Origin: Nymphaea colorata
Taxonomy: Eukaryota
Length of the DNA stretch: 64,000 nt
Assembly: GCF_008831285.2 (NCBI RefSeq)
Contig: NC_045138.2
Location: forward strand, 7,998,001 to 8,062,000
Reading direction: 5' to 3'
A program made the position numbers and the translations under genes. How positions within the stretch are numbered: position 1 is the stretch's first letter; each line of letters begins with the position of its first letter. The notes beneath the pieces were generated by a model, which ran no database searches, was not told the origin of the DNA, and saw nothing but the letters and a program-made list of their open reading frames with translations. This document shows positions 51,891 through 64,000 of the stretch, piece by piece.

Positions 51891-54800
51891 TATCGGATAA
51901 GAAGGAAAGATCTAGAACCTACTTTTAAGAAAAGATAATATCAAGAAAATCCTATTAACCATTATCTGTAAATTATATGTTGTAATGTATTGATTTGTAA
52001 CCTCTATATCCTATGATTTGTGGGTTTGTATGTCTTTACAAACTCAAAGGTGAATGAAATATATGTGTGATTCTTTTTTACTCATTCATCTCTCTTGTTT
52101 CTCTCTTTATCTCTCATGCCTCTTTTCTAATGGTATCAAAGCTTCTTTGAGACAAAGAGAGATACTACCCACCACAGCTCATCACATGGCCACTAAGAAC
52201 TCTTCTATTTCTCCTGTTGATCAGGCTGATGTTTTTGGTGATCAAAATCAGTCTCCTTCTTCTTGCACCATTTTGATAATCCTGATGTCATTCTCGTGAC
52301 CAACCCACTTGTTGTGGACCACTACTCTACTTGGTGATGGGCAATGAAGATGACTCTTAGTGCCAAGAACAAGTTTGGATTTGTTGATGGTTCTATTCCA
52401 AAACTGGCAACCATGAGTTCAGACTATATGGCATGGGTTCGCTGTAATGACTTGGTTCATTCATAGCTTCTTAATTCATTATTTAAGGAAATTGCAAACA
52501 TCGTCATCTATGCCAGAGAAGCTCACGAGGTTTGGATCGATCTTCAAGACCAATTTTCTCAAGGTAACGCTACTCGTATTTATCAATTGAAGAAGATGAT
52601 ATCTGATTTGCGGCAAGAACAAAATTCATTGGTTGCCTACTTTACTACTCTCAAAACTTTTTGGGATGAAATTGGATCTTACTCAACTATGCCTACAGGT
52701 ACCTATGGTGCATTCAAAGTGTTTCATTCATGCCAAGATTGTGAAAAAGTCTATCTGTTTTTAATGCGGTTAAATGAAAGATTTAGCACTCTTCGCAGTC
52801 AGATTCTTGCTATCAACCTCCTGCTTAACATAAATAAGGTCTATTCTATGCTGCTTTCAAGAGGAGATTCAACATCTTCTCATTCCTCAAATTTCTGGCT
52901 CCAATAACGCATCTCTTGCAGCCAAATCTTCTCTTGCTTCTTTTATAAAAAATAATCATGCAAAGTTGTCTAATGCTACTCGCAATCATCCTTGATCAAA
53001 ATGTGATCATTGTGGAATGCTTGATCACATAAAGTCTTGTTGTTATGTGCTTCACGGCTACCCTCTAAATCATCCCAAGGCTGCATGTTCAATGTCTAAT
53101 TCTTCTAAAACTGAAAAGGAACATCAGGGAGAAACGTCGGCAAACACTGACAAGGTCAGTGTTGTTCTGTCCCAACTTACCAAAGATCAGGTCAGTCAAT
53201 TGGCATCTTGGTTGAATCATGATACTTTACCAGCTACTGCAAATCTTGTAGGTAAACAATCATTCACACCTCATTTTCCTTAGGTTATCAACACCAGAGC
53301 CTTAGACCACATGACACCTCATTTCCATTTACTTTCTGATATTAAAAATCTGCTTAAACAACGTGTGATCAAGCTACCAAATGGACATCAAATGATATTC
53401 TCCATGGAATAGTCCATCTTTCAACCAATATTCAACTCACTAATGTTCTATACATTCATGATTTTAAATACAACTTACTGTCAGTTCCAAAGCTCACCAA
53501 GACTACTAATTGTATTGTTATTTTCTCCTAGTAATAAGATAGTTCATATATGGCATATGAAACTTGGACATCCGTCATTTGATAAGACTTTCTTTTTTTG
53601 AATAAAAACATTTCTTTTTTCAAATATGATTTTCCTTGTGATGCTTTTCATAAAGCTAAGTTTACCCGCTTGCCATTTCCAACTAGTACTAGTAGAGCAA
53701 GTGATCCTTTCACCTTGATCCATTGTGACATTGGAGGGCGATATGCCACGACTTCACGCGTGAGAGCACATTATTTTTTCACCATAATAGATGATATGAC
53801 ATTATCTACTTGGGTTTTCTTGATGAGGTTTAAATCTAAAACTTTCTCTTGTTTAACTCACTTTTATGCCATGGTTTTACTCAATTTAATATCCATGTAA
53901 AATGTGTTCGAAGCGATAATGTGTTGAATTTATAACCCATAATATGCAAGTGTATTTTAATGATCATGGCATAGAACATCAAACCTCATGTGTTGGGACT
54001 CCACAACAAAATGGACGTGTTGAGAGGAAGCATCGTCATCCACTAGATGTGGCACGAGCACTTACGTTTCAAACCAACCTACCAGCTAACTTTTGGGGAG
54101 AATTTATTTTGACAGCGACATGTTTAATTAATAGAATGTCATCAACTCTTTTGAATGACAAGTCTTCATTTGAACTTCTTTGCAATAAAAAACTCAATTA
54201 TGAAGACTTGTGTGTTTTTTTATGCCTATGCTATGCCAAAAATTTAAATCCTACACGCAAGTTTTCATCACGTGCTGACAAATGTATTTTTGTAGGTCAT
54301 CTTCATAATAAAAAAGGGTATCATGTATATGATTTAGATACCAAACAGCTTTCTACAAGTAGAGATATATCATTTTTTGAGGACCATTTTTCATTTCTAA
54401 TTGAAAAATGTCTTGCAAATGATTTGAACAATATCGTTTTGCCTCATCCTCAAGAATAATATTTTGGGAAGAAATATATGTCATCTTGTCAGAATGGTGT
54501 TCCTGAAGACTCCTCCAATGTGACATTTGCTCGAGTTGCAAAATTGACAACCATGCGAATGCTTCTTGCTCTTGCTTCAATTCAAGAATGGCATTTATAT
54601 CAAATGGATGTTAGTATTGCATTTATACATGGAGAAATTGCATGACGAAATATACATGACCATTCCACCAGGGCTTCTTCGTGAGGGGGAGTATCCTAGT
54701 AACATAGTGTGCCGACTTCATAAGCCTCTTTATGGACTCAAACAATTGCCACGCTGGCTTTATAAGTTATTATCAGCACTTATAGATGCTGGTTTCATTC

Positions 54801-56059
54801 AATCATTAGCTGATCACACTCTATTTACTTGAAAACATGAAAAATAGTTTATATTATCCTTGTATATGTTGATGATTTTATAATTGCAGGGAATGATGAA
54901 CAAGATATTGCTTCAATTAAGCTATATCTACATTTCAAATTTCATATTAAGGACTTGAGAATACTTAAGTATTTTCTTGGTATAGAAGTTGCAAGAGTGC
55001 CATCGAGAATATTTTTAAGTAAAAAAAAAGTACATATTGGATATTTTGAATGATGCAAGTTTAATGGGAACCAAGCCTATTGATTTCCAATGGAGCAAAA
55101 AATATGGTTGACTCCAAATGATGGTATTCTACTGAAAGATCCAGCTAAATATAGGAGGTTAGTTAGACATTTGATTTATTTGACTATTACCCATCCAATA
55201 ATGTATTCGGTTCAGGTTCCTAGTTAGTTCATGCAATCGCCACGAACCACAAACTATGAGGTAGCACTCCGAGTATTAAAATATTTGAAGTCTTCACCAG
55301 CGAAAGGAATATTTTTATCATCGTCAAGTGAAAAACAATTGTGAGTTTATTGTGACTTAAACTGGGCGAGTTGTCCAACCACTCGGAAATTAGTAGTGGA
55401 TATATTGTGTTTATAGGAAATAGTCCTATATCTTGGAAATCAAAGAAGCAATCTACTCTCTCCAGATCCTTTGTCGAGGCAGAATACCAAACAATGGCTA
55501 TGACAACTTGTGAAGTAATTTGGTTAAAAACCTTATTGAATTATTTAGGATGGACTCATGATAAACCAATCAATTTATACTATACCAACCAAGTAGCTTT
55601 GCATATTTTCACAAATCCAGTTTTTCATGAAAGAACCAATCACATAGAGCTGGATTGTTATTTTGTAAGAGAAACAATTCAGCAAGGAATAATTCAACCA
55701 CATCATGTATCGTTATGTTTCCAAATAGCAGATATTTTCACCAAACCATTAGGGAGAGACATTTTTCAAAATCTAAGTGTCAAGTTGGGTGGTTCAGATT
55801 TGCACACGCCAACTTGAGGGGGAGTATCGGATAAGAAGGAAAGATCTATAATCTATTTTTAAGGAAAGATAATATCAAGAAAATCCCATTGATCATTATG
55901 TATAAATTATCTGTTGTAAATTTTTGATTTGTAACTTTCATATCCCATGATTTGTGGATCGGTATACCTTTAAAAACTCAAAGGTGAATGGAACATATGT
56001 GTGATTCTTTTTTATTCATTCATCTCTCTCGTTTCTCTCTTTATCTCTCATGCCTCTTA
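51891..56059 (+). mobile_element. Ty1/Copia retrotransposon with TA...TA termini and an internal INT-RT deletion
   Basis: LTRs about 51891-52130 and 55825-56059. PBS TGGTATCAAAGC at 52131. PPT GAGGGGGAG. TSD GATTG at 51886-51890 and 56060-56064. Motifs LSAKNKFGFVDGSI, LIHCDI, TPQQNGRVERKHRH, ISWKSKKQ, HIELDCYFVRE, QIADIFTKPL. Confidence 0.93.
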
Positions 56060-56153
56060 GATTGGATAAGCAAACTGACGAGTACACCAAGTAACAGCAA
56101 GGAGAAAGCGTGATGCATAAGCAAATCTGTGTCAGGCACAGTCTTCTCTTTGC

Positions 56154-56155
<2 letters not shown>

Positions 56156-56246
<91 letters not shown>

Positions 56247-56261
56247 AGAGAGAGAGAGAGA
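56156..56261. repeat. (TA)n followed by (GA)n microsatellite
   Basis: Read directly from the sequence. Confidence 0.95.
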
Positions 56262-56490
56262 AATAGGTAGAAAGGGAGAAAGGGGATCACGCTTCGCTTA
56301 CCCACATCATGCAGAGTTGAGAGGCTGGCTATGGTGGCTGCCATATTCAGCACTACCAAATCTAATCGCCAAAATTTTCTCTGCCATTGGCGCACACATT
56401 AACTGTCGACGATTTGAACAAGATATGCCTATGGGACCAACGTAGGGATTTCACCCCAGCAATGTATACTCGAACCGTCATACACCTGTA

Positions 56491-56668
56491 CAATGGCAGA
56501 GCCACATTGTGGCCGTTGTGGGCAATTGCCCACACCAGCCCATGAAATTTGTTTTATTTTCATATATAAACTTCATTAATTTTCATTTTTTCACATATAA
56601 CTGCCCCTTAAAATTTGAAATTTAATGTAACACTACCCTTAAGTCAGAAATTTTTGGCTCCTGCACTG
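56491..56668. mobile_element. Short hAT-like MITE
   Basis: Ends CAATGGCAGAGCCA and TGGCTCCTGCACTG. 8-bp TSD CACCTGTA / CACCTCTA (7 of 8). Confidence 0.75.
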
Positions 56669-57971
56669 CACCTCTATGGTAAGCGTTGACGCCCACTACC
56701 ACCGCCGAAAATTAGGGATGCCCTATTAACAGTGAAACAACTCGTCGCAGACTCCATTTCTGAACTTGCGATAGTAGGTCTCACTGTCGGAGCTTGCTTT
56801 GCCAACATTATGCTTCATAGCATAGATCTTGCGAGAAGCATCAAATCAGCAACAAGATGGCAGCAGCGTCAATGTTTACCAGTTGTATGCTCCTTTGCCA
56901 GCCACCGACGCCAATCGACGGTGGTGTTCGACAATCATTGATGCCACAGTGATGGTGGCATCAATGAAAGGGGTTTTTGTTCTAATGACACTTTTTTTTT
57001 TCCAATGGGCATTTTTATAGAGTTTATTACCTATAGCTTCGTTGAAAACATTAGGACAAAAATTTTTACGCTAGAGAAGGCCAAGTATGAAAGTGGAACC
57101 TTATGTGGAGATGATGTCCATCTCTCGCCTGACAAGGTATGTTATATGCATTTATATATCTATAAATGTTCCAACTATTTGTTGGACATGAAGGCATTTA
57201 TGGCTTTTCGTACCAGATTTTATTGTTCTACGGCTGCATAGGTAAGAGCATTATACTTTGCATGTTGAATCATTTCGTGTTGATATAACACATTGAAAAA
57301 CAGTGTAAAACATTGTTTGATTTCCTCTTTCTTTTTTATTTTTCTCTTATTTTTAGTTATTGAAAGTTTCTTTTTTGTTGTGTACTTCAAAAAAGCATGA
57401 TGTATGCCTTATGCCCACAAGTTTAGTCTTCCCACATTTTATTTCATTTTCAGCAACATATCTCGTTATTCAATAATTTTTCCTACTCAAAGCCCTCCAA
57501 AAATATGGTTATCCTCCTCCTAAGTGATTCAATTCAAATTGATAGTTGTAACATTGTTGCAGGTCTAAGAGTTTAGGTGGAGGATTGAGTTGGTTCAACT
57601 GAGCAGTTGAAGAAGCATCCTTGAATAAGCGAAGCAGAAAGGAGATTACGGTGGCTCACTCTAACAAATTTGTTGTTCAGAGTATGTTTATGCTACATCT
57701 GATCGAAATAATTATAGAATGTGTAGTATATGATGTCCATACCATAAAATAATAATTTCAGCAAAATCACAAAACATGTTTATTGACAATTTTGACATTT
57801 TTTATAAAGTTTATTTTTTATTTACAGTTGAGAAGAATGAAAGAGCGTCCATGTAGAAGAATTTTTGTATGTCTTGTAATGATTTTTTTTGTGGTCATAT
57901 AAACAATTTATTATCAATAATAAATCTGAACTATGTTCTCTCTCTCTCTCAATCTCTCTCTCTCTCTCTAG

Positions 57972-58010
<39 letters not shown>

Positions 58011-58014
58011 GAGT

Positions 58015-58086
58015 ACTTCTAGGAACAGTTGATATTACCGTTCCTCAAAGTGATAAATGAGGTATTAAAAACGGCCTAAGTGACTC

Positions 58087-58149
<63 letters not shown>

Positions 58150-58340
58150 TAATTTAAACTGAAACTTTTAGGAACAATTTTTTGGAAACTGTTCCTAATG
58201 ACTTCATTAGAAATGGTCTATGAACGTTTCTAAAAGTAATTGGAACAGAACTTCTACCAACACCTTACGAATGGTCATCTAATTGTTCCTAATTTAGGAA
58301 GGGTTTCCAGTCGTTCCTAAAAAAATATTTTGTTGTTGTG
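58015..58340 (-). mobile_element. CACTA-type terminus with subterminal repeats, probably the 5' end of the Tnp2-encoding element
   Basis: Multiple direct and inverted (T)AGGAAC / GTTCCT(A) motifs ending in TTTTGTTGTTGTG (reverse complement CACAACAACAAAA). The matching other end was not found. Confidence 0.65.
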
Positions 58341-61300
58341 ATAAAAACTAAAGGAATAATTCAATGTAAGGAATATTGAGATAACATCCTAAGATACAAT
58401 GCGAAATTACACAGCACAAGGTGCTTAAAAAATGTTAGGTAGTGCAATCTACGAATGTGTGACATCATAAGAACTTAGTTACAACAGCAAGATTTAGAAC
58501 ATTCTTCAATAGGATTGTACAAATTAGGTTTCCAACATATGGCATAAGGTCCATTCGTATATTTTCCTCCTTTGGGCTAGTCAACTAAAGTGGGCAAAAT
58601 GAAAGTTATAGAATACAGTGAACATGCATGACTAAAGTTTCCTGCATGCTCCATATGTACAGGAAAGAGATGATATCGACTCTGACATCCTTGAGAACAT
58701 GTTGCTAAAATATTCCTCATGTGGGTGACATGGTTGTTGTCTCGCAGCCACATACAAAGGCTGATGAACTCTTATCTTGTCCGTAGAGTTATGTATCGTC
58801 TGCATATATAATAGGATTCCATCATTGTTAAGAGTAGTAAAGAAAAGGGAAATTCAGGGAAGAACAGCTTGGTGGAAGGATTAAGGGGACTGGATTTCAA
58901 AATGATCAAGGATAGATGTGTTCCAAAGCGTGGTTTAGATCAAAAAGTCGCAAAGAGATGAGAAGGAAAAAAGATGAAAAGGGAGACAATAAGAAAAAGA
59001 ACAGGCAACGGTTGAAAGGAGAACTAGCAGCAGGTGCATGTGACAGATGATCCCTCCCCGTTGAAGGTGGGACTATTTAAAAAAAAAATCAGGGGAATCA
59101 TATCGGAACTTTTTGATTGGCTTGGATCCCTTTTCGGACTGGGACAATATTGCCTTGACAGTTAATCTAAATCTTCAGTATGGAGATCTTCATGATCATC
59201 TGTGTTTGAAAGGTTAATTAATTTACAACTAAAAAAACATATAGGCAACTCAAGGTTGCATGAGATTCCTAAGCAAAATGAAGAAATTCTGCGCATGATC
59301 TAAGGGAAGAAATAGGTTTAACTCGTTGGATCAAACCATGCAAAAAGAAAGTTCTGAATAGGAATGTGGCATAACGTAATTGTCTGTGCTAAAAGAAGAA
59401 ATATGCAATATTTTGATAGGTGATTTATTAATAATTTTGCATTAGGGCCACTTTTGCATTGAACGAACAAGAATTGTTCCAAGGAAAAAGGTTTTATCAA
59501 CCACTGCGGAACTTGATCTATCCAGCACTGCTGGGATATCTTGAGTTAAATGCTAGCTTCGGTGCTGTTTTGAGTTAATAAATAATCAGTTTCTAAGGAA
59601 ACACTGGGTGTCTACAGGCATGAAGGAGTCTTGTTTAAGCAACCTTGGTATTAATTTCTAATCTTCTTAGTTTCTTTTATCAAAATCTGACTATGTAAAT
59701 TTGATGTATGTTTCCTACCTGGCAAGAATTTGTCCTTCAAGTCAGACTTCTCGAGGCAAAAAACAAGTTTGTCTATAATTATAATGTTTTATAGCTTTTT
59801 CGTAATGATCATCATTTCTTTTGAATGTTACCAAAACTCATTGAAGGACCAATTTTATCAAATAAACATGTTAACTATATGGTCAAATTTGACCAAACCA
59901 ACAACTTTGTGCATCAATATCCATAAACTTACATTCTGATAACGACAAGTTTCAAATAAGATCTTCATTAGGTCATGCAGTCTAGCATGTTTTGGAGAAC
60001 CAATACAAATTAAAATATGGTTCAACGCATGCTGATTTCCGAAACTAATGCCAAAGATGACGATTTCCACGTTGTAATGCTCAATCTTGGACAATTAACT
60101 ACTGTGAAATAACTTTTTCTGACAAGATGCGCCATAAAGCGTAGATGATTGACTTGAAAATGTAAGTGGGCATTTTTCTTTTTTTCCTTTCTCGTTTATT
60201 TCCTAGAGACAGCCTTTCTGGTATGCATACATTCTTCATCTGGATCATTATTAATACCATGTTCATCATTGTCCATTGGACATTTGGCGCCTACTTAGGT
60301 CGTAGCCCAAATCCTAGCCTGGCTGGCCTCTTATCAAGGATTCTGTCAGTGGGCCTTAGTGTCTTTCGTCCGGTCAATTTGGTGCTGTAAATTGATTTGA
60401 CTTCTTTAAAAGTCGCATCCTTACAAAACAAACATAAAAAAAGAGAGGATCTCTTACGGTATAGAAGGAAAGAAGGAAAAGGAAGGAACCAAGTCTCCAC
60501 CAGCTCTTATATATGATTATTTCTTCTGGGATCAAAGTGCAGCAAGAAGACTAATTTGTAATATATAGTCAAACCTGATGGAAAGTATTCTTCAGATTCA
60601 CCATTATCAACTAGAATATGCTCGCTTTGATGCTTTGAGTTGGTAACCACAAGCACCAACCTTTCCACCATTGGCCTGTAAAACATGATAAAAATAGAAA
60701 GTAATTGATTAATTTTTACTGTCCTCGCCTTTCTGCAGAGGGTCATTAATAGTAACTTCAGTAGGATTTCCGCTCATCCCTATTCTTAACAGGAAGAAGA
60801 ACATGAAGAAGAAGTGCATAAGGTAGTTGACAATGAGCCCATTGAATGGGAAACGCCGCCTTTACTATCATAGTAATACGAGTTGAGTTAAAGCAGTTAG
60901 CTGCATGCGCCTTTCGGTTTTAATTTTGGTAGTCTAGGCATATGGACCTCCAAAGTTGTCTCTTATGACATCTAAATGTAGAAATTTTGAATCACTTCTC
61001 CACTCAATCACTTCAGTCCGAATACTCAGGTTTGGTATATTTGTTTCTGGGAAACATTAGAGAAAGACCAGGAAGCTCAATGGACCAAGGCAAAGAACCA
61101 CTGGTAGCTCTATATGCAAAGTTCAGTATGCCTATAAAAAGGAAGAATTATTGGACTTCAGACACAGAGTGGTTCCTGTTTAATAAATCATGTAAATATA
61201 TATAGTATGGCCACATACATAGTTTTTGGATTTTAAAGGATAAGGTTTTTCTCAAGTATAATAAGGTGAGCTGTTTTTTTTTCGAGAAGAAGAGAAAAAC

Positions 61301-62047
61301 AACGTTAAATTCATGTAATGAAGATCACGAAAGTGGCAATGCCAAAAGCAGTTGGTTGCTTTAAAGAAGCTGCACAGCCTGCTTGTAGCAAGACAACTAT
61401 TGGTAATAGACCTTATATCTATTAAGTAACTTGATAAAAAAGGTTTGCACCATAGAGTTGGAATCTAAACCAAAACAGTCCGGCAGTTTATATGAGTCGA
61501 GCAACTAGCCATTGAAAATAGATAAAAACTAACAAGCATATACGAAGTATACATAAACAGGAATCACTCAACTGCGGTTCTTAATTTGCACAGATAATTT
61601 GCAAAAAAGGTATATAAATAGATCGAGGTAAATGGGTCTTTGCACTTTACATTTTCGGAAATAATGTCAAAGTAAGTTATGTTTTTTACAGGTTATAGTA
61701 TTCTATGCTCTATTTTGTCCAAGTGGAATTTTGCTGGATGTTGATGGATGTGCTTCTGGCTTATTTTATCATAACTTCGTTTTATGGTAAGAAAATTCTC
61801 GCTATGATTTCGTTATTTCTTATCAAAAAACTAGCGCCACAACAATTTATTAATCTCAAAGTATTAACTTGCATGAAATGGAAATCATTTAGAGTCACAT
61901 GGCTCAGACGCCATTCTAGTCTCATCTTCTTGGCTTTAACTGGTCAGCGGCTTTGAAATTAACTGGCTATTGTGAGTGGAAAAGTGGCCTCTTTTATGTG
62001 AAATTAACAAATTATTCTTCATTATTTTCAAATGTTAAATATCTAAC

Positions 62048-63168
62048 CAACTTGTTTCTTTTCTTTATTTTTCCTTTGGCTTGAAAGGTCTCTTGTATTC
62101 CTCACCTTCAAAAGCGGATACCTTCAATCACGTCCCACTTTAAAAAAATTCATCAAAGTTTCTGTGCTTTCACTAAAGCCCATGATTTCTTTGTCATCGT
62201 CAGATGCAAAAGAAGCTTCTCAGGCATGTGTTTAGTTATCGATTAAACAAACAATGGAAGTACCCATTTTAATTTCCCGTGGGAAAGGCTAAGCCTCTTG
62301 AAAGCTGAAACCATGTCTGGTCTGTTCTGTGCTGTGGCTCGTTTTAAGAGGACCCTCCTAAACGAGTGAAGCACAAACTCCCAGAGGCGGTACAAGCGAG
62401 AAATGCTTCTCAAAACGAGAAAAGAATCAAAGAAATGAATTACAACGAAGGATGAACGCAACAGGCTGCAATTTTCATGGATTCAACCAATTATGTAGCA
62501 TATTGTGAAAGTAAACAAGTGTAATCATGAGTATGCACTCTTGGAAATGCCGCCCAGTTTGTATATGACAACTGTTTGCAATTTTCCACTTACTGCCAAT
62601 CATTTTAGATCGAAAGAATGCTGAAAATGATCAAGTTCGTTCTGATTATTGATGTTGGCCAACTGGATCGTAGAAGCACATTTATGTGATTACCTAGAAG
62701 AAGGCGCGCAGCAGTGTACTCCATTGTTGCCTCCAGTTATTTTTCCGGTTCTTGGTCTGATGAACAAACTGGGTACAGAGAGAACCCCACCATATACGTG
62801 ATAAGAGCGTCAGATTACAAAGATGGTCCACTAAAGGAAACAAACCTGTTGGTTTATCCACTCATCAAGTCTAAAGTCTCCCAAAATCCTAACTCAAGAA
62901 GTTGCTTGAGATTGAGACCTATAAAAACTTCAGGAATATTCCAAAATTTTCACATTCTTCAGTTAAGACGCACAAAGATCATGACGTTTTCAGTTGCTAT
63001 TTTCTAATGATTTATTTATTCTGTTGAATGAGATTGAAAAGAAAAAAGGTAACTGTTCTTGCCGATACAACAGGAGGTGCTCACTGAAGCATCCATTCTC
63101 ATGTTTTTCATTTCGAGCACCGATTCCGCACCATGGTGTTGAACCTTCTTAATGGCAGTACAGTTTTT
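62048..63168. repeat. Copy 2 (uninterrupted) of the ~1.1-kb diverged non-coding duplication
   Basis: Collinear with 35713-36626 plus 40647-40858, with many substitutions and non-triplet indels. Confidence 0.9.
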
Positions 63169-64000
63169 ATCAAATCTCGACATGTTTTAGCTGCTTCAAG
63201 TGAAGCAAGTCTCGAGTTCAAATTCCTTTGATTTTCTTTTTCCTCCTTTATAACCATAGTCCTCTCATGCGTTCCTCCACCTCTGAGGCTTACTCTACGG
63301 TGTATTGGGAGAAAGAAACCGTAGCAGAAGGAGCGTTCAATAGCTAAAGACAAGATCACGGAGCCCGATTGTGAAATATCAGGTACGAACTTTCAATTCG
63401 ACCTTCCTGACTATGCAGAAGCGTGTTGTAAAGCAGGATTCAGTGAAAAACGGGCTCTATATCTGATCCAGAGAAATTGAAAAAATAAAAAAAAAAAAGA
63501 CTGCTGCAATAATAAACTTCAAAAGACATAACAAGAACATGGGAGTGGCCTGCATCGATCAGTCACCTGGTCACTGCTTTCAATATCGGAAGCTCGGGCA
63601 GTGTGGGGAAGGGAAGAGAAAGAGAGAGCGGTTAAAGTGGGGGAAAGGAGAGAGCTTGGCAGGGTTGAAAAGCTGAAGCTGAGGCTGCTTTCTGCAATAA
63701 CTGCAACGTCGTCGTGAGATGATATTGGACGCACCTCCTCATTTAATGTTTCGATTTGACGTTTCAGATTCCGCCACAATGCTATCTCTCTCTCGCGAAT
63801 CGCGATCATCTTTTTTTTTTTTTTTTTTTGCTTTCTTAATGAAACAACAAAGAATGATTCATACTTGGGATTTAGCCTTAGGACCTTCGTTTTACCGACA
63901 TTCCGAAGACGGCTTTGGTTCAGATTTTGTGGTATGTAGCGTCGAAACCGGCACTATCAGAATCGGTCGGTCTGGGCAGACCTACCACTAATTAGAAAGC

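Noticed and set aside
46598..58340. Pairing CACTACAACA at 46598 with the terminus at 58340
   Set aside because: Flanks AGT and ATA do not match and subterminal motifs differ. The end at 48838 gives a perfect TSD and restores Tnp2.
58630..58655. miR2275-like string AGTTTCCTGCATGCTCCA (also GTTCCTCCA at 63271)
   Set aside because: Only 8-9 contiguous matches and too many mismatches for a credible site.
62714..63007. Plus-strand ORF partly shared with 36242-36493
   Set aside because: No ATG start, the frame is broken by stops and indels between copies, and no recognisable domain.
63055..63140. miR482/miR2118-like strings TCTTGCCGATAC and ACCGATTCCGCACCATG
   Set aside because: 3' pairing is poor and the strings are not conserved in the paralogous copy at 40745-40825.

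Overview
AT-rich plant nuclear DNA made almost entirely of nested, decayed transposable elements. I can support no intact host protein-coding gene, rRNA, tRNA or CRISPR array. A degenerate Copia (2448-27902) holds a hAT derivative and a 215-bp-arm inverted repeat. Its 3' LTR is split by an 18.2-kb Ty3/Gypsy Tat/Ogre element (9450-27691, TSD CTTAT). The Ogre carries a plant mobile domain (PMD) extra ORF interrupted by a plastid accD fragment, then gag, protease, G-patch, RT, RNase H, archaeal-type RNase H and integrase. A 5'-truncated Copia (about 28185-35705) is interrupted by a MITE and by an inverted solo LTR of the same Ogre family. Two further Copia elements have TSDs (36627-40641 and 51891-56059, the second with TA..TA ends). 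A minus-strand CACTA transposase (about 42-49 kb) is split by a nested non-autonomous CACTA (46598-48838, TSD AGT). The non-TE residue (1-660, 35713-40858 without its Copia, 58400-63900) is ORF-less. It includes a diverged ~1.1-kb duplication and may be a cluster of non-coding transcription units, which is inference only. All alignments and coordinates were worked out by eye.
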